This document shows positions 1-9,772 of a DNA stretch of 64,000 nt, piece after piece (within the stretch, counting starts at the first letter, position 1; every line of letters begins with the position of its first letter). Origin of the DNA: a bacterium (GTDB taxonomy: Bacteria; Electryoneota; Electryoneia; Electryoneales; Electryoneaceae); assembly GCA_043801585.1 (NCBI GenBank), contig JAZDLX010000200.1, positions 1 to 64,000 on the forward strand, in the 5' to 3' direction. The translations under genes were made by a program, and so were the position numbers. Below the pieces are notes generated by a model. It had not been told where the DNA came from. It saw only the letters and a program-made list of their open reading frames with translations, and searched no databases.

Positions 1-2
1 CG

Positions 3-542
3 GCTGAAGTTGCACGCCTGTTTGCGTTTTCGACATCGACGTCAAGTGCAACCCTGGAGTATCAGTCCTCCACAGCCAACACGGAAGGTGGCACTTATGA
101 CGTTGTGGCCACCTACAAGGCGAACGGCACTCTGAATAAGAGTGGCACCAATACCATTGCGGGATTCGCCGCCACTGTGGAAGGTTCCAACATCCTTCGG
201 GGCAAGGAGGGAACGTCTGTCGAAGGACTGCGCATCTGGTTCAACAGTCCGGGAACCGGGTCGGCGGGGACAGCGACAGCAACCATTCGTATCGGCAACG
301 GCCTGTCCATCGTCGCCAGCGATCAGGTGGAACAACTCACGGATTCCGTGGATGGTTTGATTAAAATCGTCAAGGACAGCTATTCTGATCAGATTACGAA
401 TCTGGAAGACCAGATAGCAGCCTACGAGACACGGTTGGAACAAAAAAAGCAGATGTTGACAAATCAGTTTATTGCGATGGAACAGGCAGTTTCGCAGGCC
501 AAGAACCAGGCAAATTGGGCATCAAGTGCCCTGTCAGGATAA
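3..542 (+). CDS. fliD: Flagellar filament cap protein FliD, C-terminal part (5'-truncated by window edge)
   Basis: Frame is open from base 3. C-terminal coiled coil 'QITNLEDQIAAYETRLEQKKQMLTNQFIAMEQAVSQ' is typical of FliD_C. Followed by fliS. Confidence 0.9.
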   Translation, partial: AEVARLFAFSTSTSSATLEYQSSTANTEGGTYDVVATYKANGTLNKSGTNTIAGFAATVEGSNILRGKEGTSVEGLRIWFNSPGTGSAGTATATIRIGNGLSIVASDQVEQLTDSVDGLIKIVKDSYSDQITNLEDQIAAYETRLEQKKQMLTNQFIAMEQAVSQAKNQANWASSALSG

Positions 543-608
543 ACAGTTTCATCACTCCGGACTTGACGTCGGTACCGGCGGTCCAGTACACTTGAAGAGG
601 TGCGTGCC

Positions 609-992
609 ATGCCCGTACTGAATCCTTACAAGCAGTATGACAACGTCACTTTTGGGACAGCGGATCCGATGTCGCTCGTCATCGTTACTTATGACGCAGC
701 GATTCGATCGTTGAAAGAAGTTGTACGTTGCCTGAAGTCAAACGACATACGGAATCGTGTCAAGAACGTCGATCTTTCATTTGAACTGATCAGCGAGCTG
801 CGGAAATCGCTGAACCCTGAGAAGGGTGGCGAGATTGCGGAGAAGTTAAACTCGCTGTACGAGTTTTTTATCCGTGAAATCACCATGGCGAACGCGTATC
901 AAGATGCTGATCGCCTTGATCCCGTGATCAAGATGTTGCAGGAATTGCGGGATGGCTGGGTGGAAGTCCGTAAGCAGGTAACGCTGAAGTAA
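609..992 (+). CDS. fliS: Flagellar export chaperone FliS
   Basis: 'NPYKQY...TADPMSLVIVTYDAAI', 'ELRKSLNPEKGGEIAEKLNSLYEF' and 'LRDGW' motifs. ATG at 609 (alternative GTG at 600). Confidence 0.95.
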   Translation: MPVLNPYKQYDNVTFGTADPMSLVIVTYDAAIRSLKEVVRCLKSNDIRNRVKNVDLSFELISELRKSLNPEKGGEIAEKLNSLYEFFIREITMANAYQDADRLDPVIKMLQELRDGWVEVRKQVTLK

Positions 993-1011
993 CATCGGCT
1001 TGCGCCGATAA
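985..1011 (+). promoter_or_regulatory. Sigma28 (FliA)-type promoter
   Basis: TGAA-N15-GCCGATAA (consensus TAAA-N15-GCCGATAA), directly upstream of the AAGGAG RBS and the ATG at 1027. Confidence 0.75.
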
Positions 1012-1026
1012 AAAGGAGTTGCCACG

Positions 1027-1497
1027 ATGATTGATGGCATCGGAAAAGCTGGTGCTGCCGGCCCACTCGGACAAAAACCGATCGATCCGACTCCGCCAAC
1101 GGACGCTGAAAAGGCTCGTGAGATAGAACAGAATGTGCCTGCGGAAACGGGCAAGGATTCCGCGAGAATTTCCGATTCCGCTGCGGAAATAGCCCGTTAC
1201 CAGGAGATGGCTCGGCTTCATCGCGAAGCATACGGTTCCGCAGACCGGACGAAAAAACTCGCCGAAGTCAAGAAACGGATCCAGGAAAGTTTCTACGATC
1301 AGCCTCAAGTGCTGGACAAAATTGCCGGTGGAATCGCGAAAACTGTGCAGGGATCAACCGATGAAACGGAAGTCGAACGTGCCCAGCGCCGGAGCGAAGA
1401 AGGCTTCTATGACCGTCCCGAAGTCATCGACAGGACGGCCGAGAACATAGTCAGGGAAGTTCTGCCCGGCATTCAACGGGAGCCGGGGCGGGGGTGA
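1027..1497 (+). CDS. flgM: FlgM-like anti-sigma28 factor with duplicated C-terminal module
   Basis: 'DSARISDSA' motif, then 'RTKKLAEVKKRIQESFYDQPQVLDKIA' and a second copy 'EVERAQRRSEEGFYDRPEVIDRTAENI'. Flagellar context and sigma28-type promoter. Confidence 0.7.
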   Translation: MIDGIGKAGAAGPLGQKPIDPTPPTDAEKAREIEQNVPAETGKDSARISDSAAEIARYQEMARLHREAYGSADRTKKLAEVKKRIQESFYDQPQVLDKIAGGIAKTVQGSTDETEVERAQRRSEEGFYDRPEVIDRTAENIVREVLPGIQREPGRG

Positions 1498-1523
1498 ACC
1501 TGATTCTGCAGAAATTCCATTCC

Positions 1524-1544
1524 GGGGCCTAGTGGCCCCTTTTT
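1524..1544 (+). terminator. Intrinsic terminator after flgM-like gene
   Basis: GGGGCC-TAGT-GGCCCC followed by TTTTT. Confidence 0.7.
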
Positions 1545-1573
1545 CGTAAGCCATTGCCGCTCAGACTTCGGGT

Positions 1574-2719
1574 GTGTACCTTCGCAGATTGACTGCGAGG
1601 ATTTGGCAATTGAACGAAGAGAAGCGTCATTCCTATTATCGCGAATTGGGCGTTCAGCCGGACGCGACACCCAATCAGATTCGCAATGCCTACCGAATGC
1701 TTGCCAAACGGTACCATCCCGATCGCAATCCCGGAGACAAAAAGGCGGAAGAACGCTTTAAACGTGTTGGGGAAGCCTACCGCATCCTTACCGATCCCGC
1801 CCAGCGAATCGTCTATCACCAGAAGGAAGAGGTCCGGACCCGCGCGAAAGCCGCCCAGAAGGAAAAACCGACTGCAAGCTTTTCGGAGTTGTTCAAGAAG
1901 GTATTCCAAAGCGGGTTTGGTGGAGACACCGGTGGGGTCACCGCCAGCTCACCCGTGCGCGGCAAAGACCAGAAAATTACCCTTGAACTGGACGCGTTTG
2001 AACTGGCGGAAGGTACTCGCCGTACCCTCAAGGTCAAACGAGACGTCAACTGCGAGGTGTGTGGAGGTACCGGCATCAAGCCGGGACACGGCCTGCACGA
2101 GTGCACCATTTGCCAGGGACTGGGCGAGGTACCCCGGGTCAAGGCGGGGAAGACCATTTTTGTCACCTGCACCAATTGCCAAGGGACCGGTCAGATCATC
2201 AAGGAACGGTGTCTCAATTGTGGGGGGCGTAGCATTGTCCGCAGTTCCGGAACGGTCACTGTCGACATCCCCGCGAACAGCAGGGAAGGATCAGTGCTGC
2301 GTCTGCGTGAGCAGGGAAATGCGGGGCTTTACCGGGGAAAGCCCGGCGACTTGTTAATCGAGCTGCTTTTTAAAAATAGCTCCTATTTCGAACGGGACGA
2401 GGACGACCTGATCTATCATCTGCCGTTGAATATGCTCGATGTGGTTGCCGGCGGGGACGTGGAAGTGCCCACTCCAAAAGGCAAGGTGAAGCTGACACTC
2501 AAACCGGGAATCGCTCCGGATTCCATTCTTCGTGTAAAGGGAAAGGGGATTCCCAAGGCGGGTGGAGGTACCGGTGATATTCTCGTCCACATTCACTACC
2601 ATTTTCCTGATCACCTGACGGCAAAAGCGAGAAAACTGCTCGCGGATCTGGTCAATCAACCGGAATGGTCGCCAAAAAAGGACGATAAGGGATTCGTCCC
2701 CAGATCCAACGGCGAGTAG
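1574..2719 (+). CDS. dnaJ: DnaJ-family co-chaperone (J domain, Zn finger, C-terminal domain); start may be slightly downstream
   Basis: HPD motif 'YHPDRNPGD'; four Zn motifs CEVCGGTG, CTICQGLG, CTNCQGTG, CLNCGG; 'LRVKGKGIP'. Confidence 0.9.
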   Translation: MYLRRLTARIWQLNEEKRHSYYRELGVQPDATPNQIRNAYRMLAKRYHPDRNPGDKKAEERFKRVGEAYRILTDPAQRIVYHQKEEVRTRAKAAQKEKPTASFSELFKKVFQSGFGGDTGGVTASSPVRGKDQKITLELDAFELAEGTRRTLKVKRDVNCEVCGGTGIKPGHGLHECTICQGLGEVPRVKAGKTIFVTCTNCQGTGQIIKERCLNCGGRSIVRSSGTVTVDIPANSREGSVLRLREQGNAGLYRGKPGDLLIELLFKNSSYFERDEDDLIYHLPLNMLDVVAGGDVEVPTPKGKVKLTLKPGIAPDSILRVKGKGIPKAGGGTGDILVHIHYHFPDHLTAKARKLLADLVNQPEWSPKKDDKGFVPRSNGE

Positions 2720-2729
2720 TGAGGGAGAA

Positions 2730-2845
2730 GTCGCCCTGAACAAAGTGAAGGAGATGTCATCCTGAACGAAGCGAAGGATCTATGAGTCGACCTGAGTAAA
2801 ACACCATCCATAGGTCATGCTGAACGACGCAACGAAGCCATTCAA
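2730..2845. repeat. Degenerate tandem REP-like repeats between convergent dnaJ and trkH
   Basis: Four units starting GTC-NNN-CTGA at 2730, 2756, 2786 and 2814. Best copy is GTCATCCTGAACGAAGCGAAGGATCT. Confidence 0.6.
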
Positions 2846-2859
2846 TTTACTCAACGCCA

Positions 2860-4296
2860 TCAATTCCAGAACGTCCGTGTAAACAGGACGAGCACCGTAT
2901 AGATTTCCAACCTGCCAATGATCATCATCGTGCTCAACACCCACTTTCCAAAACCGGGAATCGCGGCATAATTGTCCGTGGGTCCCACGCCTCCAAGTCC
3001 GGGACCGATGTTGCTGAGACAGGCAACGACACTGGTGAACGCAGTCACGTGATCGAGCCTGATCAGCGACATTAACAATGTTCCAGTCGCCAGCAACACC
3101 GCGTAAAGAAGTGCAAAAGCCAGCACGTTCCAGATGATGTCATCTTGGATGATTCTCCGTCCCTGGCGAATGGGGTAAAGGGTCTGGGGATGGACGAGTT
3201 TGTGCAATTCCACCCGTGCCTGTTTTAAGAGCAATTGAATACGAATTGCTTTCATCCCTCCGCCCGTGGAACCCGCCATCCCTCCCATAAACATCAGCAG
3301 GACGAGGGCGATTTGCGCCACCGGATGCCAGAGCTCGAAGTTCGCCGTGGTATACCCTGTCGTCGTTGTTATCGACACGGCTGTGAACGCCGACTCACGC
3401 AGCGATTTTTCGAACGGATCGCCCTCGATGAGTCTCAATGCGGTCATCGCCGCGATCGCCGCAAGAATGATCAGGGCAAAGAAACGGAACTCGGAACTTT
3501 CGATGTACTTCTTCGGTTTCCCCCGCAAGGCATGATAGTGGAGGTTGAAACTGACGCCCGCAAGGAACATAAAGACGATGATCACCCAGTGGATGTACGC
3601 TGAATCGTAGTATCCGATGGAGGCATTCTTGGTCGAGAAACCGCCGGTGGCAAGGGTTCCGAAGGAGTGGCAGGCGCTGTCAAACAGGGGCATGCCTCCC
3701 AGCGTGAGCAGTACGGTCTCGGCAAACGTAAAGAGCAGGTAGACACCCCAAAGAATCTCCGCGGTGTTCTGGATGCGTGGAGTGAGTTTGTCCGCTGTGG
3801 GTCCGGGGGACTCCGCCCTGAACATCTGCATTCCACCGATCCCAAGGAAGGGCAGAATGGCGATGGAGAAGACGATGATTCCCATGCCCCCGACCCAGTG
3901 GGTGAAACTGCGCCAGAACAGAACGCCGTGGGGAAGACCTTCGATGTTCGTCAGGATGGAGGCGCCAGTGGTGGTAAAACCGCTGGCGGACTCGAAGAAG
4001 GCATCCGTAAACGCCGGAATCGCGCCGGTGATCATGAATGGAATTGAACCTGCAAGAGACATGAAAAACCAGCCGAAGCTGACGACTACGAAGCCATCGC
4101 GAAGGTTCAGGTCGACCTTGCCTCGTTGCCCCAACATCATCAAGGCGCCGGTTGCCATGACGATCACGGCGGAGACCAGGATTCCACCCGCGTCACCATC
4201 CTTGTAAATCAGTGCCACGCCGACTGAAAGGAGCATCGAAGCCCCCAGCAGCAGAAGCAAGGTTCCTACCAGACGAGTAACGGCGCGCAGGTTCAT
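2860..4296 (-). CDS. trkH: Trk K+ uptake membrane subunit TrkH
   Basis: Pore-loop motifs 'FESASGFTTTGAS', 'TLATGGFS', 'TTTTGY', 'LSNIGPG'; also 'AGSTGGGMK' and 'GRLE'. Confidence 0.97.
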   Translation of the reverse strand: MNLRAVTRLVGTLLLLLGASMLLSVGVALIYKDGDAGGILVSAVIVMATGALMMLGQRGKVDLNLRDGFVVVSFGWFFMSLAGSIPFMITGAIPAFTDAFFESASGFTTTGASILTNIEGLPHGVLFWRSFTHWVGGMGIIVFSIAILPFLGIGGMQMFRAESPGPTADKLTPRIQNTAEILWGVYLLFTFAETVLLTLGGMPLFDSACHSFGTLATGGFSTKNASIGYYDSAYIHWVIIVFMFLAGVSFNLHYHALRGKPKKYIESSEFRFFALIILAAIAAMTALRLIEGDPFEKSLRESAFTAVSITTTTGYTTANFELWHPVAQIALVLLMFMGGMAGSTGGGMKAIRIQLLLKQARVELHKLVHPQTLYPIRQGRRIIQDDIIWNVLAFALLYAVLLATGTLLMSLIRLDHVTAFTSVVACLSNIGPGLGGVGPTDNYAAIPGFGKWVLSTMMIIGRLEIYTVLVLFTRTFWN

Positions 4297-4305
4297 GGAA
4301 CAGCC

Positions 4306-5649
4306 TTAGCTGAACAGTCTGAGGACATCGGGAACCGACTCGGGGATACAGAATACGACGACCCGGTCACCCACGTAAATCGGTGTGTCGCCGACAGGAA
4401 TTTCCCCACTGTCCTTGTGTTCGACCGCAACGACGATCGATCCCCTCGGGAAGTTGATTTCTCGAAGTTTCTTGCCCACGATTTTCGATCCGGGATCGAC
4501 TTCGAATTCATAGGTTTCCGCATTGATGCCAACCATATGACGCAAACTGATAATCCTGCCGATCCGAATGAATTTCAGAATCGCATTGGACGTGAGGAAG
4601 CGCGGGTTGATGGCGACGTCGAGGCCGATTGTCTTGACAATCGGCACATATTGAGTTTTTCCGATCAGAGTGATCGTTTTGGGCACGCGAAGGTGGCGGG
4701 CCAGAAGGGAGGTGACGATATTGTCCTCGTCATCGTCAGTCAATGCGGCGAAGACATCCATGTCGATGATTCCTTCACGGGTGATCAGGTCGATGTCGCT
4801 CGCCTCGCCAACGACGATATCCGTGTTGTCCAGATCCTCCGCCGCGATGAGCCCTCTGTCGCGGTTTCTTTCGATCAACTTGACGTGAATGCCCTTGATG
4901 TTTTCCAGCTCTTTGGCAACCATCCTCCCGATTGGAGTGGCGCCATAGATCATGACACGGTGGGTTTCCCAATCCTGATGCCCCGCAAGCGCGAAAGCAT
5001 CCTGCAGGTGTTTGGTGTGACAGGAGATATAGATGTCGTCACCGACTTCGATGTGATCACTGCCGCGGGGGATGATCGTGCGATTATCACGGTTGACCGC
5101 AACGAGACGGAATGCGAATTTTCGCAGCTCCGTGATTTCCTGGAGTTTTTTCCCGGCAACGGGGGAGCGCTCAACCACTTTCAGGCCGATAATCGCGATT
5201 TCATCCCTTGAAAAAGTGATCATCTCCTGAACCTGCGGATAACGGATCAGGCGAACGATTTCACGGGTCGCCTCCAGTTCCGGGTGGATGATCAGGTCGA
5301 TCCCCAGGTCCTCCGGTTTGAGGAAGCTGCCGCCCGTGGAGAAATCGCGGTTGCGGACTCGCGCGATCTTCGTTTTAACACCGAACTGTTTGGCGATCAT
5401 GCAGGTGAGGACGTTCACCTCGTCCACGGTGGTCACGGAGATCAGCATGTCCGCGTTTTCAATTCCTGCTTCCTTGAGGACGGCCGGACTGGTCCCCGAC
5501 CCCTCGATCGCGAGAACATCAAGAGTATTGGAGATATGCTGAATTCGTTCGGGATCGTGGTCAACAACGGTGATGTTGTGGTTCTCCTGACTCAACAACC
5601 TCGCCAGATGGCCACCGACCTCTCCCGCACCGATGATCAGAATGTTCAA
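4306..5649 (-). CDS. trkA: Trk K+ uptake NAD-binding subunit TrkA
   Basis: N-terminal 'IIGAGEVG' Rossmann motif; two RCK N/C pairs; 447 aa; upstream of trkH. Confidence 0.97.
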   Translation of the reverse strand: MNILIIGAGEVGGHLARLLSQENHNITVVDHDPERIQHISNTLDVLAIEGSGTSPAVLKEAGIENADMLISVTTVDEVNVLTCMIAKQFGVKTKIARVRNRDFSTGGSFLKPEDLGIDLIIHPELEATREIVRLIRYPQVQEMITFSRDEIAIIGLKVVERSPVAGKKLQEITELRKFAFRLVAVNRDNRTIIPRGSDHIEVGDDIYISCHTKHLQDAFALAGHQDWETHRVMIYGATPIGRMVAKELENIKGIHVKLIERNRDRGLIAAEDLDNTDIVVGEASDIDLITREGIIDMDVFAALTDDDEDNIVTSLLARHLRVPKTITLIGKTQYVPIVKTIGLDVAINPRFLTSNAILKFIRIGRIISLRHMVGINAETYEFEVDPGSKIVGKKLREINFPRGSIVVAVEHKDSGEIPVGDTPIYVGDRVVVFCIPESVPDVLRLFS

Positions 5650-6929
5650 AGCGAAACTCCGGTAATCTGATCGACAGCACCAAGATACGGCTGCAAGGGT
5701 TTTGGAACTCGAATCCGCCCCTCAGGTGTCTGAAAGGTTTCGAGCAACGCAACCATCAGCCTGCTCGTCGCCAACCCCGACCCGTTCAGAGTGTGTGGAT
5801 ATTCGGGTTTGCTCCCTTTCTCACGACGGAAGCGCAGATTCATCCGCCTTGACTGGAATTCACCATAGTTGCTCACACTACTGACCTCGAGCCAAGCGTT
5901 CGAGCCGGGAGCCCAGATTTCGATGTCAAAGCATCTCGAAGCTCCAAAACTCAAATCTCCGGCGCAAAGGTCAACGATACGGTAGGGGATGGTCAGCCTG
6001 TTGAGGATCGCTTCGGCATGCGAAAGGATTTCCAACTGCGCTTTCTGACTGTTTTCGGGAGTGACGATCTGGACCAATTCGACCTTGTTGAACTGGTGAA
6101 CTCTCCGTAATCCGTGGGTATCCTGTCCGTGGGCGCCGGCCTCCCTGCGAAAACACGCCGTGAAGGAACAGTATTTCCTGGGCAGAACTTCCGGGTCAAG
6201 AATCTCGCCGGCGTGGAGGTTCGTGAGCGGTACTTCCGCCGTCGGGATCAGAAAAAAGTCTTCACTTTCGATACGATATAAATCAGCCTCGAATTTGGGA
6301 AGCTGACCGGTGCCTGTGGCGGTTTCACGGTTGACGACCAGGGGAACGATGACTTCCGTGTATCCGTGCTCCCGTGTTTGAACGTCGAGCATAAAGTTGA
6401 TCAGAGCGCGTTCGAGGGCAGCACCAGCGCCGATATAAACCGGCCAGCCGGTTCCGGTCAGTTTTGCCCCGGCGGGCATATCGAGAATTCCAAGCCCTTC
6501 CGCCAGGTCGAGGTGATCCCTTAGAGCGAAGTCATAGTTGCGGATATCGCCTTCCTGCCTGACGACAACATTCTCTTCGGCGCTGACACCCGTTGGGGTG
6601 CCTGGGTCCGGTTCATTCGGCCACTCAAGAAGGATTTCAACAATCTGCTGGTGAAGTTCACGCTTATTATCGTCGATACTGACTGCACGCTCGCGAATCC
6701 GGCGCGCTGCATCCATCTCTTGTGCGGCGTCCCGTCCAGCCTTCTTGGCATCACCGATCGCTTTGCTCGCCCGGTTCAGATCCGCCTTGAGACCGTCTGC
6801 CTCGCTGGTCAATTCACGCCACATCGAATCAAGTTTCAGAACGCCATCCACATCCGCGTCGAAACCTTTTCGAGCGAGTGAAGTGCGCACTTCTTCCGAG
6901 TGTTCCCGTATCCGCCGAATATCATGCAT
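5646..6929 (-). CDS. serS: Serine-tRNA ligase
   Basis: 'LIPTAEVPL', 'FRREAG', 'RVHQFNKVE', 'EVSSVSN', 'HTLNGSGLA' motifs. Confidence 0.98.
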   Translation of the reverse strand: MHDIRRIREHSEEVRTSLARKGFDADVDGVLKLDSMWRELTSEADGLKADLNRASKAIGDAKKAGRDAAQEMDAARRIRERAVSIDDNKRELHQQIVEILLEWPNEPDPGTPTGVSAEENVVVRQEGDIRNYDFALRDHLDLAEGLGILDMPAGAKLTGTGWPVYIGAGAALERALINFMLDVQTREHGYTEVIVPLVVNRETATGTGQLPKFEADLYRIESEDFFLIPTAEVPLTNLHAGEILDPEVLPRKYCSFTACFRREAGAHGQDTHGLRRVHQFNKVELVQIVTPENSQKAQLEILSHAEAILNRLTIPYRIVDLCAGDLSFGASRCFDIEIWAPGSNAWLEVSSVSNYGEFQSRRMNLRFRREKGSKPEYPHTLNGSGLATSRLMVALLETFQTPEGRIRVPKPLQPYLGAVDQITGVSL

Positions 6930-6962
6930 CTTCTTGTTATCCTGGAATTTGTCAGCTTTCGT

Positions 6963-8366
6963 TCAGTGCCCTTTGGCAGTGATCATCACCCACAATGTGT
7001 TCAAGAGAATTTTGATGTCGAGCGATATCGACATATTCTCAAGATAGAACAGATCGTACTGGAGTTTCTCGCGTACATCGTCAAGGCTGGTGTCGTACCC
7101 GCGCCGGATCTGCGCCCATCCTGTAATCCCCGGCTTCACATTCATCCGCCTGGAATAAAAAGGAATCTTCTTGCTGAATTCTTCCACGAAGATACGACGC
7201 TCTGGACGTGGTCCCACGAGGCTCATAACGCCGATAAGAACGTTGAGTATCTGTGGAAGTTCGTCGAGCCGTGTGCTTCTCAGGAAACGGCCGACACGTG
7301 TGACGCGGGGGTCGTCCGGAGTCGCCCAAACGGCGCCTGTTTCCCTTTCGGCGTCCATCCGCATTGTCCGGAATTTGACGAGGGTGAATTCCCTGCCCCG
7401 ATAGCCGACACGTTTCTGCCGGTAGAGTGCAGGTCCCTTCGAATCGATCCGGATGGCAATCGCAATCAACATCATCAACGGAAGACCGACGGTGAGAAGA
7501 AGGATTGTAACGAACAGATCCAGCAGGCGCTTGAGAATTCTTCCAGTCGGCGTCATCAGTGAAGGGAATACCTCCAGCAGGGGAACGCCGTACAGCTCGC
7601 GTGTCTTTGCATAACCGACGAGAATCTGCATGAAATCCGGTTCGATCATCGTTGACAGGGCGTGACGGCTGGCAAGATCGATCACTTCCAGAGCGCGCTC
7701 GCGGTCCTCGGTTTCGAGTGCGACCAATGCGTATTCGAGACAATCCGGATCGTCCTGGTGGTCAGCGGCGATCCTCTCGAACTCTTCCAGCGAAATACAG
7801 GGGACATCCACATCGAGATCCGGGTGGTTACCCTGGATACAGACGATATAGCGGACTTTATAACCGTATTCGGGACGACTGCTGACGTGACGGTAAAGAT
7901 TCATCGCCCTCGGACCGCAACCAAAGATCACCGAACGAAACAGACCGATGCGACGAATGTAGAGGAGACGAATGAAGGTTCTGAAAAGGCTGTGACCTCC
8001 GGCGACGAAGACAAACAGAAGGATACCGTAGCTGAAGAGGACAATTCTTGTATTCGTCACGGGATGCCCCGGGTCCATACTGATGAAGAAAAGAATGATG
8101 ATCCCAATGACCACAGCCTTGAATACGCTCACCACCGCCTCAAACCGTGACGTACTGATGGTTCGCGAATAGATTCCCTGCAACGCAAATAGAACAATCC
8201 AATAGACGCTCAACACCGCTGCGATAGGGAAGAACTGCGGTTGCAGCGGTTCACGAAACAACCCTGATGAGTACCTGAGCATGTAGATGAGATAGATGGC
8301 GAACTGCAGCATGATCAGGTCGATCAGCAGCAACGCGGGTGCGCGGTGACGGATCAGCCATTTCAT
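6963..8366 (-). CDS. Polyprenyl glycosylphosphotransferase (WcaJ/CpsE-type initiating sugar transferase)
   Basis: N-terminal TMs, CoA-binding-like domain, then 'KRLLD', 'KFRTM', '[21 protein letters not shown]', 'GPRPE', 'KPGITGWAQ'. Confidence 0.95.
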   Translation of the reverse strand: MKWLIRHRAPALLLIDLIMLQFAIYLIYMLRYSSGLFREPLQPQFFPIAAVLSVYWIVLFALQGIYSRTISTSRFEAVVSVFKAVVIGIIILFFISMDPGHPVTNTRIVLFSYGILLFVFVAGGHSLFRTFIRLLYIRRIGLFRSVIFGCGPRAMNLYRHVSSRPEYGYKVRYIVCIQGNHPDLDVDVPCISLEEFERIAADHQDDPDCLEYALVALETEDRERALEVIDLASRHALSTMIEPDFMQILVGYAKTRELYGVPLLEVFPSLMTPTGRILKRLLDLFVTILLLTVGLPLMMLIAIAIRIDSKGPALYRQKRVGYRGREFTLVKFRTMRMDAERETGAVWATPDDPRVTRVGRFLRSTRLDELPQILNVLIGVMSLVGPRPERRIFVEEFSKKIPFYSRRMNVKPGITGWAQIRRGYDTSLDDVREKLQYDLFYLENMSISLDIKILLNTLWVMITAKGH

Positions 8367-9511
8367 CTTGTGTGATTCCAGGTTGTCTGAGATCCGTACG
8401 CTATGGCTCGATAGACACCCTTGAATGCCGCACGGAGCATCAGGAAAATGTAATAAGCGTGCGAAAGGAGAGGAATTGGCTTTTCAGTACCCAATCCTCG
8501 TCCCAGAAGAGCAAAAAAGCCCGCGATCGACGATCCACCAAACAGGAAGAGGTCAGCCGTCCTGCCGCGGCCAATGAGAATTCGAAGCGTCGATCCCACC
8601 AGAACCATCCCGACCAGAAAAGGTGAAAGCCAACGCAGGACTTTGTGACTCCAAAGGAGACAGGCAAGCCGTCCGTGACGCAGGGGATTCAAAAGTTCGG
8701 GGTATTTAAACAGACTTGCGACACTTCTCCGGACGATGCGCTCTTTGCGTGCAAGTTCAGCTTTGAATTCCTCCTCGGCCGTCTCCCATGCAACAGCGTC
8801 AACGACGTAAACAGTGCGGAAGCCCTTCGCCGCGATAAGCAGAGGTTCCATCAGATCGCTGATGACATCGGAGGGCAGAGGGATGTAATGCTCTCGGCGG
8901 AGGGCATAGATGGAACCGTTCGCACCGATCAGTCCGCCAGTCGCCGATTCAGCACGTTTCAGAACGGTCTCGAAAATGTTCCAGTAAGCCGATTCTGTAG
9001 CTTCCGAGGCTCGGCCGTTGTTTCTGTAACGGTGGCGGCCGCTGACAGCACCGATGGTGTCATCCGCAAACGGCGCCACCAGCCGGACAAGCGCATCCAC
9101 CTCGAACAAGGTGTTGGCATCTGTGAAAGCAAGAATTTCCGCCTGAGAATCGTCAACACCGCGGTTCTGCGCTTCCGTTTTGCCGATCTCACCATATTCA
9201 TAGACCCGGACGCCCCGATCCTCGTAGCGTCGTCCAATCTCGACGGTGCCGTCTGTACAGCCATTGGCCAGGACAGTCACCTGCAGACGGTCCCGGGGAT
9301 ACCGCAGCTGCAAGCTGTTCTCGATCTTTTTAGCAATAGCGGCCTGTTCATTGCGAGCAGAGATGAACAATTCCATGCTCGGCAGGTCTGCATCATTCGG
9401 AATTTTCCACTCCGCCTCGCGCTTCCTCGCGGCGACAACCAGCAAAATCACAGGGAAGAGGACCAGAGAGTAAAGAAGGAGCAGAATACTTGTGATCAGA
9501 ATAGCAGCCAC
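8363..9511 (-). CDS. GT2 family glycosyltransferase
   Basis: 'ARNE', 'GCTDGT', 'GKTEAQN', 'FTDAN', 'GANGSIYALRR'; TM segments at both ends. Confidence 0.9.
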   Translation of the reverse strand: MAAILITSILLLLYSLVLFPVILLVVAARKREAEWKIPNDADLPSMELFISARNEQAAIAKKIENSLQLRYPRDRLQVTVLANGCTDGTVEIGRRYEDRGVRVYEYGEIGKTEAQNRGVDDSQAEILAFTDANTLFEVDALVRLVAPFADDTIGAVSGRHRYRNNGRASEATESAYWNIFETVLKRAESATGGLIGANGSIYALRREHYIPLPSDVISDLMEPLLIAAKGFRTVYVVDAVAWETAEEEFKAELARKERIVRRSVASLFKYPELLNPLRHGRLACLLWSHKVLRWLSPFLVGMVLVGSTLRILIGRGRTADLFLFGGSSIAGFFALLGRGLGTEKPIPLLSHAYYIFLMLRAAFKGVYRAIAYGSQTTWNHTR

Positions 9512-9772
9512 GTTCTACCCCCGCTTACCAGGCAGAAACCCTGAAGACGCTTCCATTAATGCATCCTTTTTCATAGGAAAGTCATCCAATAGCCATCCAC
9601 AGAGTGCACAGCCGCCGAGAAGGAAACTGGTAAATCATCCACACTGATCTGCCACCTTTGAAAGAGAGTATGAATACGATAAATGATAAATGTGGAAACA
9701 TTACAATAAATATTAAACCAGTTCTATGAATAAGCATGATTTCATACTCTGTTGAAATAAGATTAAAGAATA

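Noticed and set aside
1500..1610. CIRCE heat-shock operator before dnaJ
   Set aside because: No TTAGCACTC-N9-GAGTGCTAA match; no dnaK or grpE adjacent.
2730..2845. Possible CRISPR array
   Set aside because: Units are degenerate and nearly abutting, with no spacer-length unique sequence and no cas genes.
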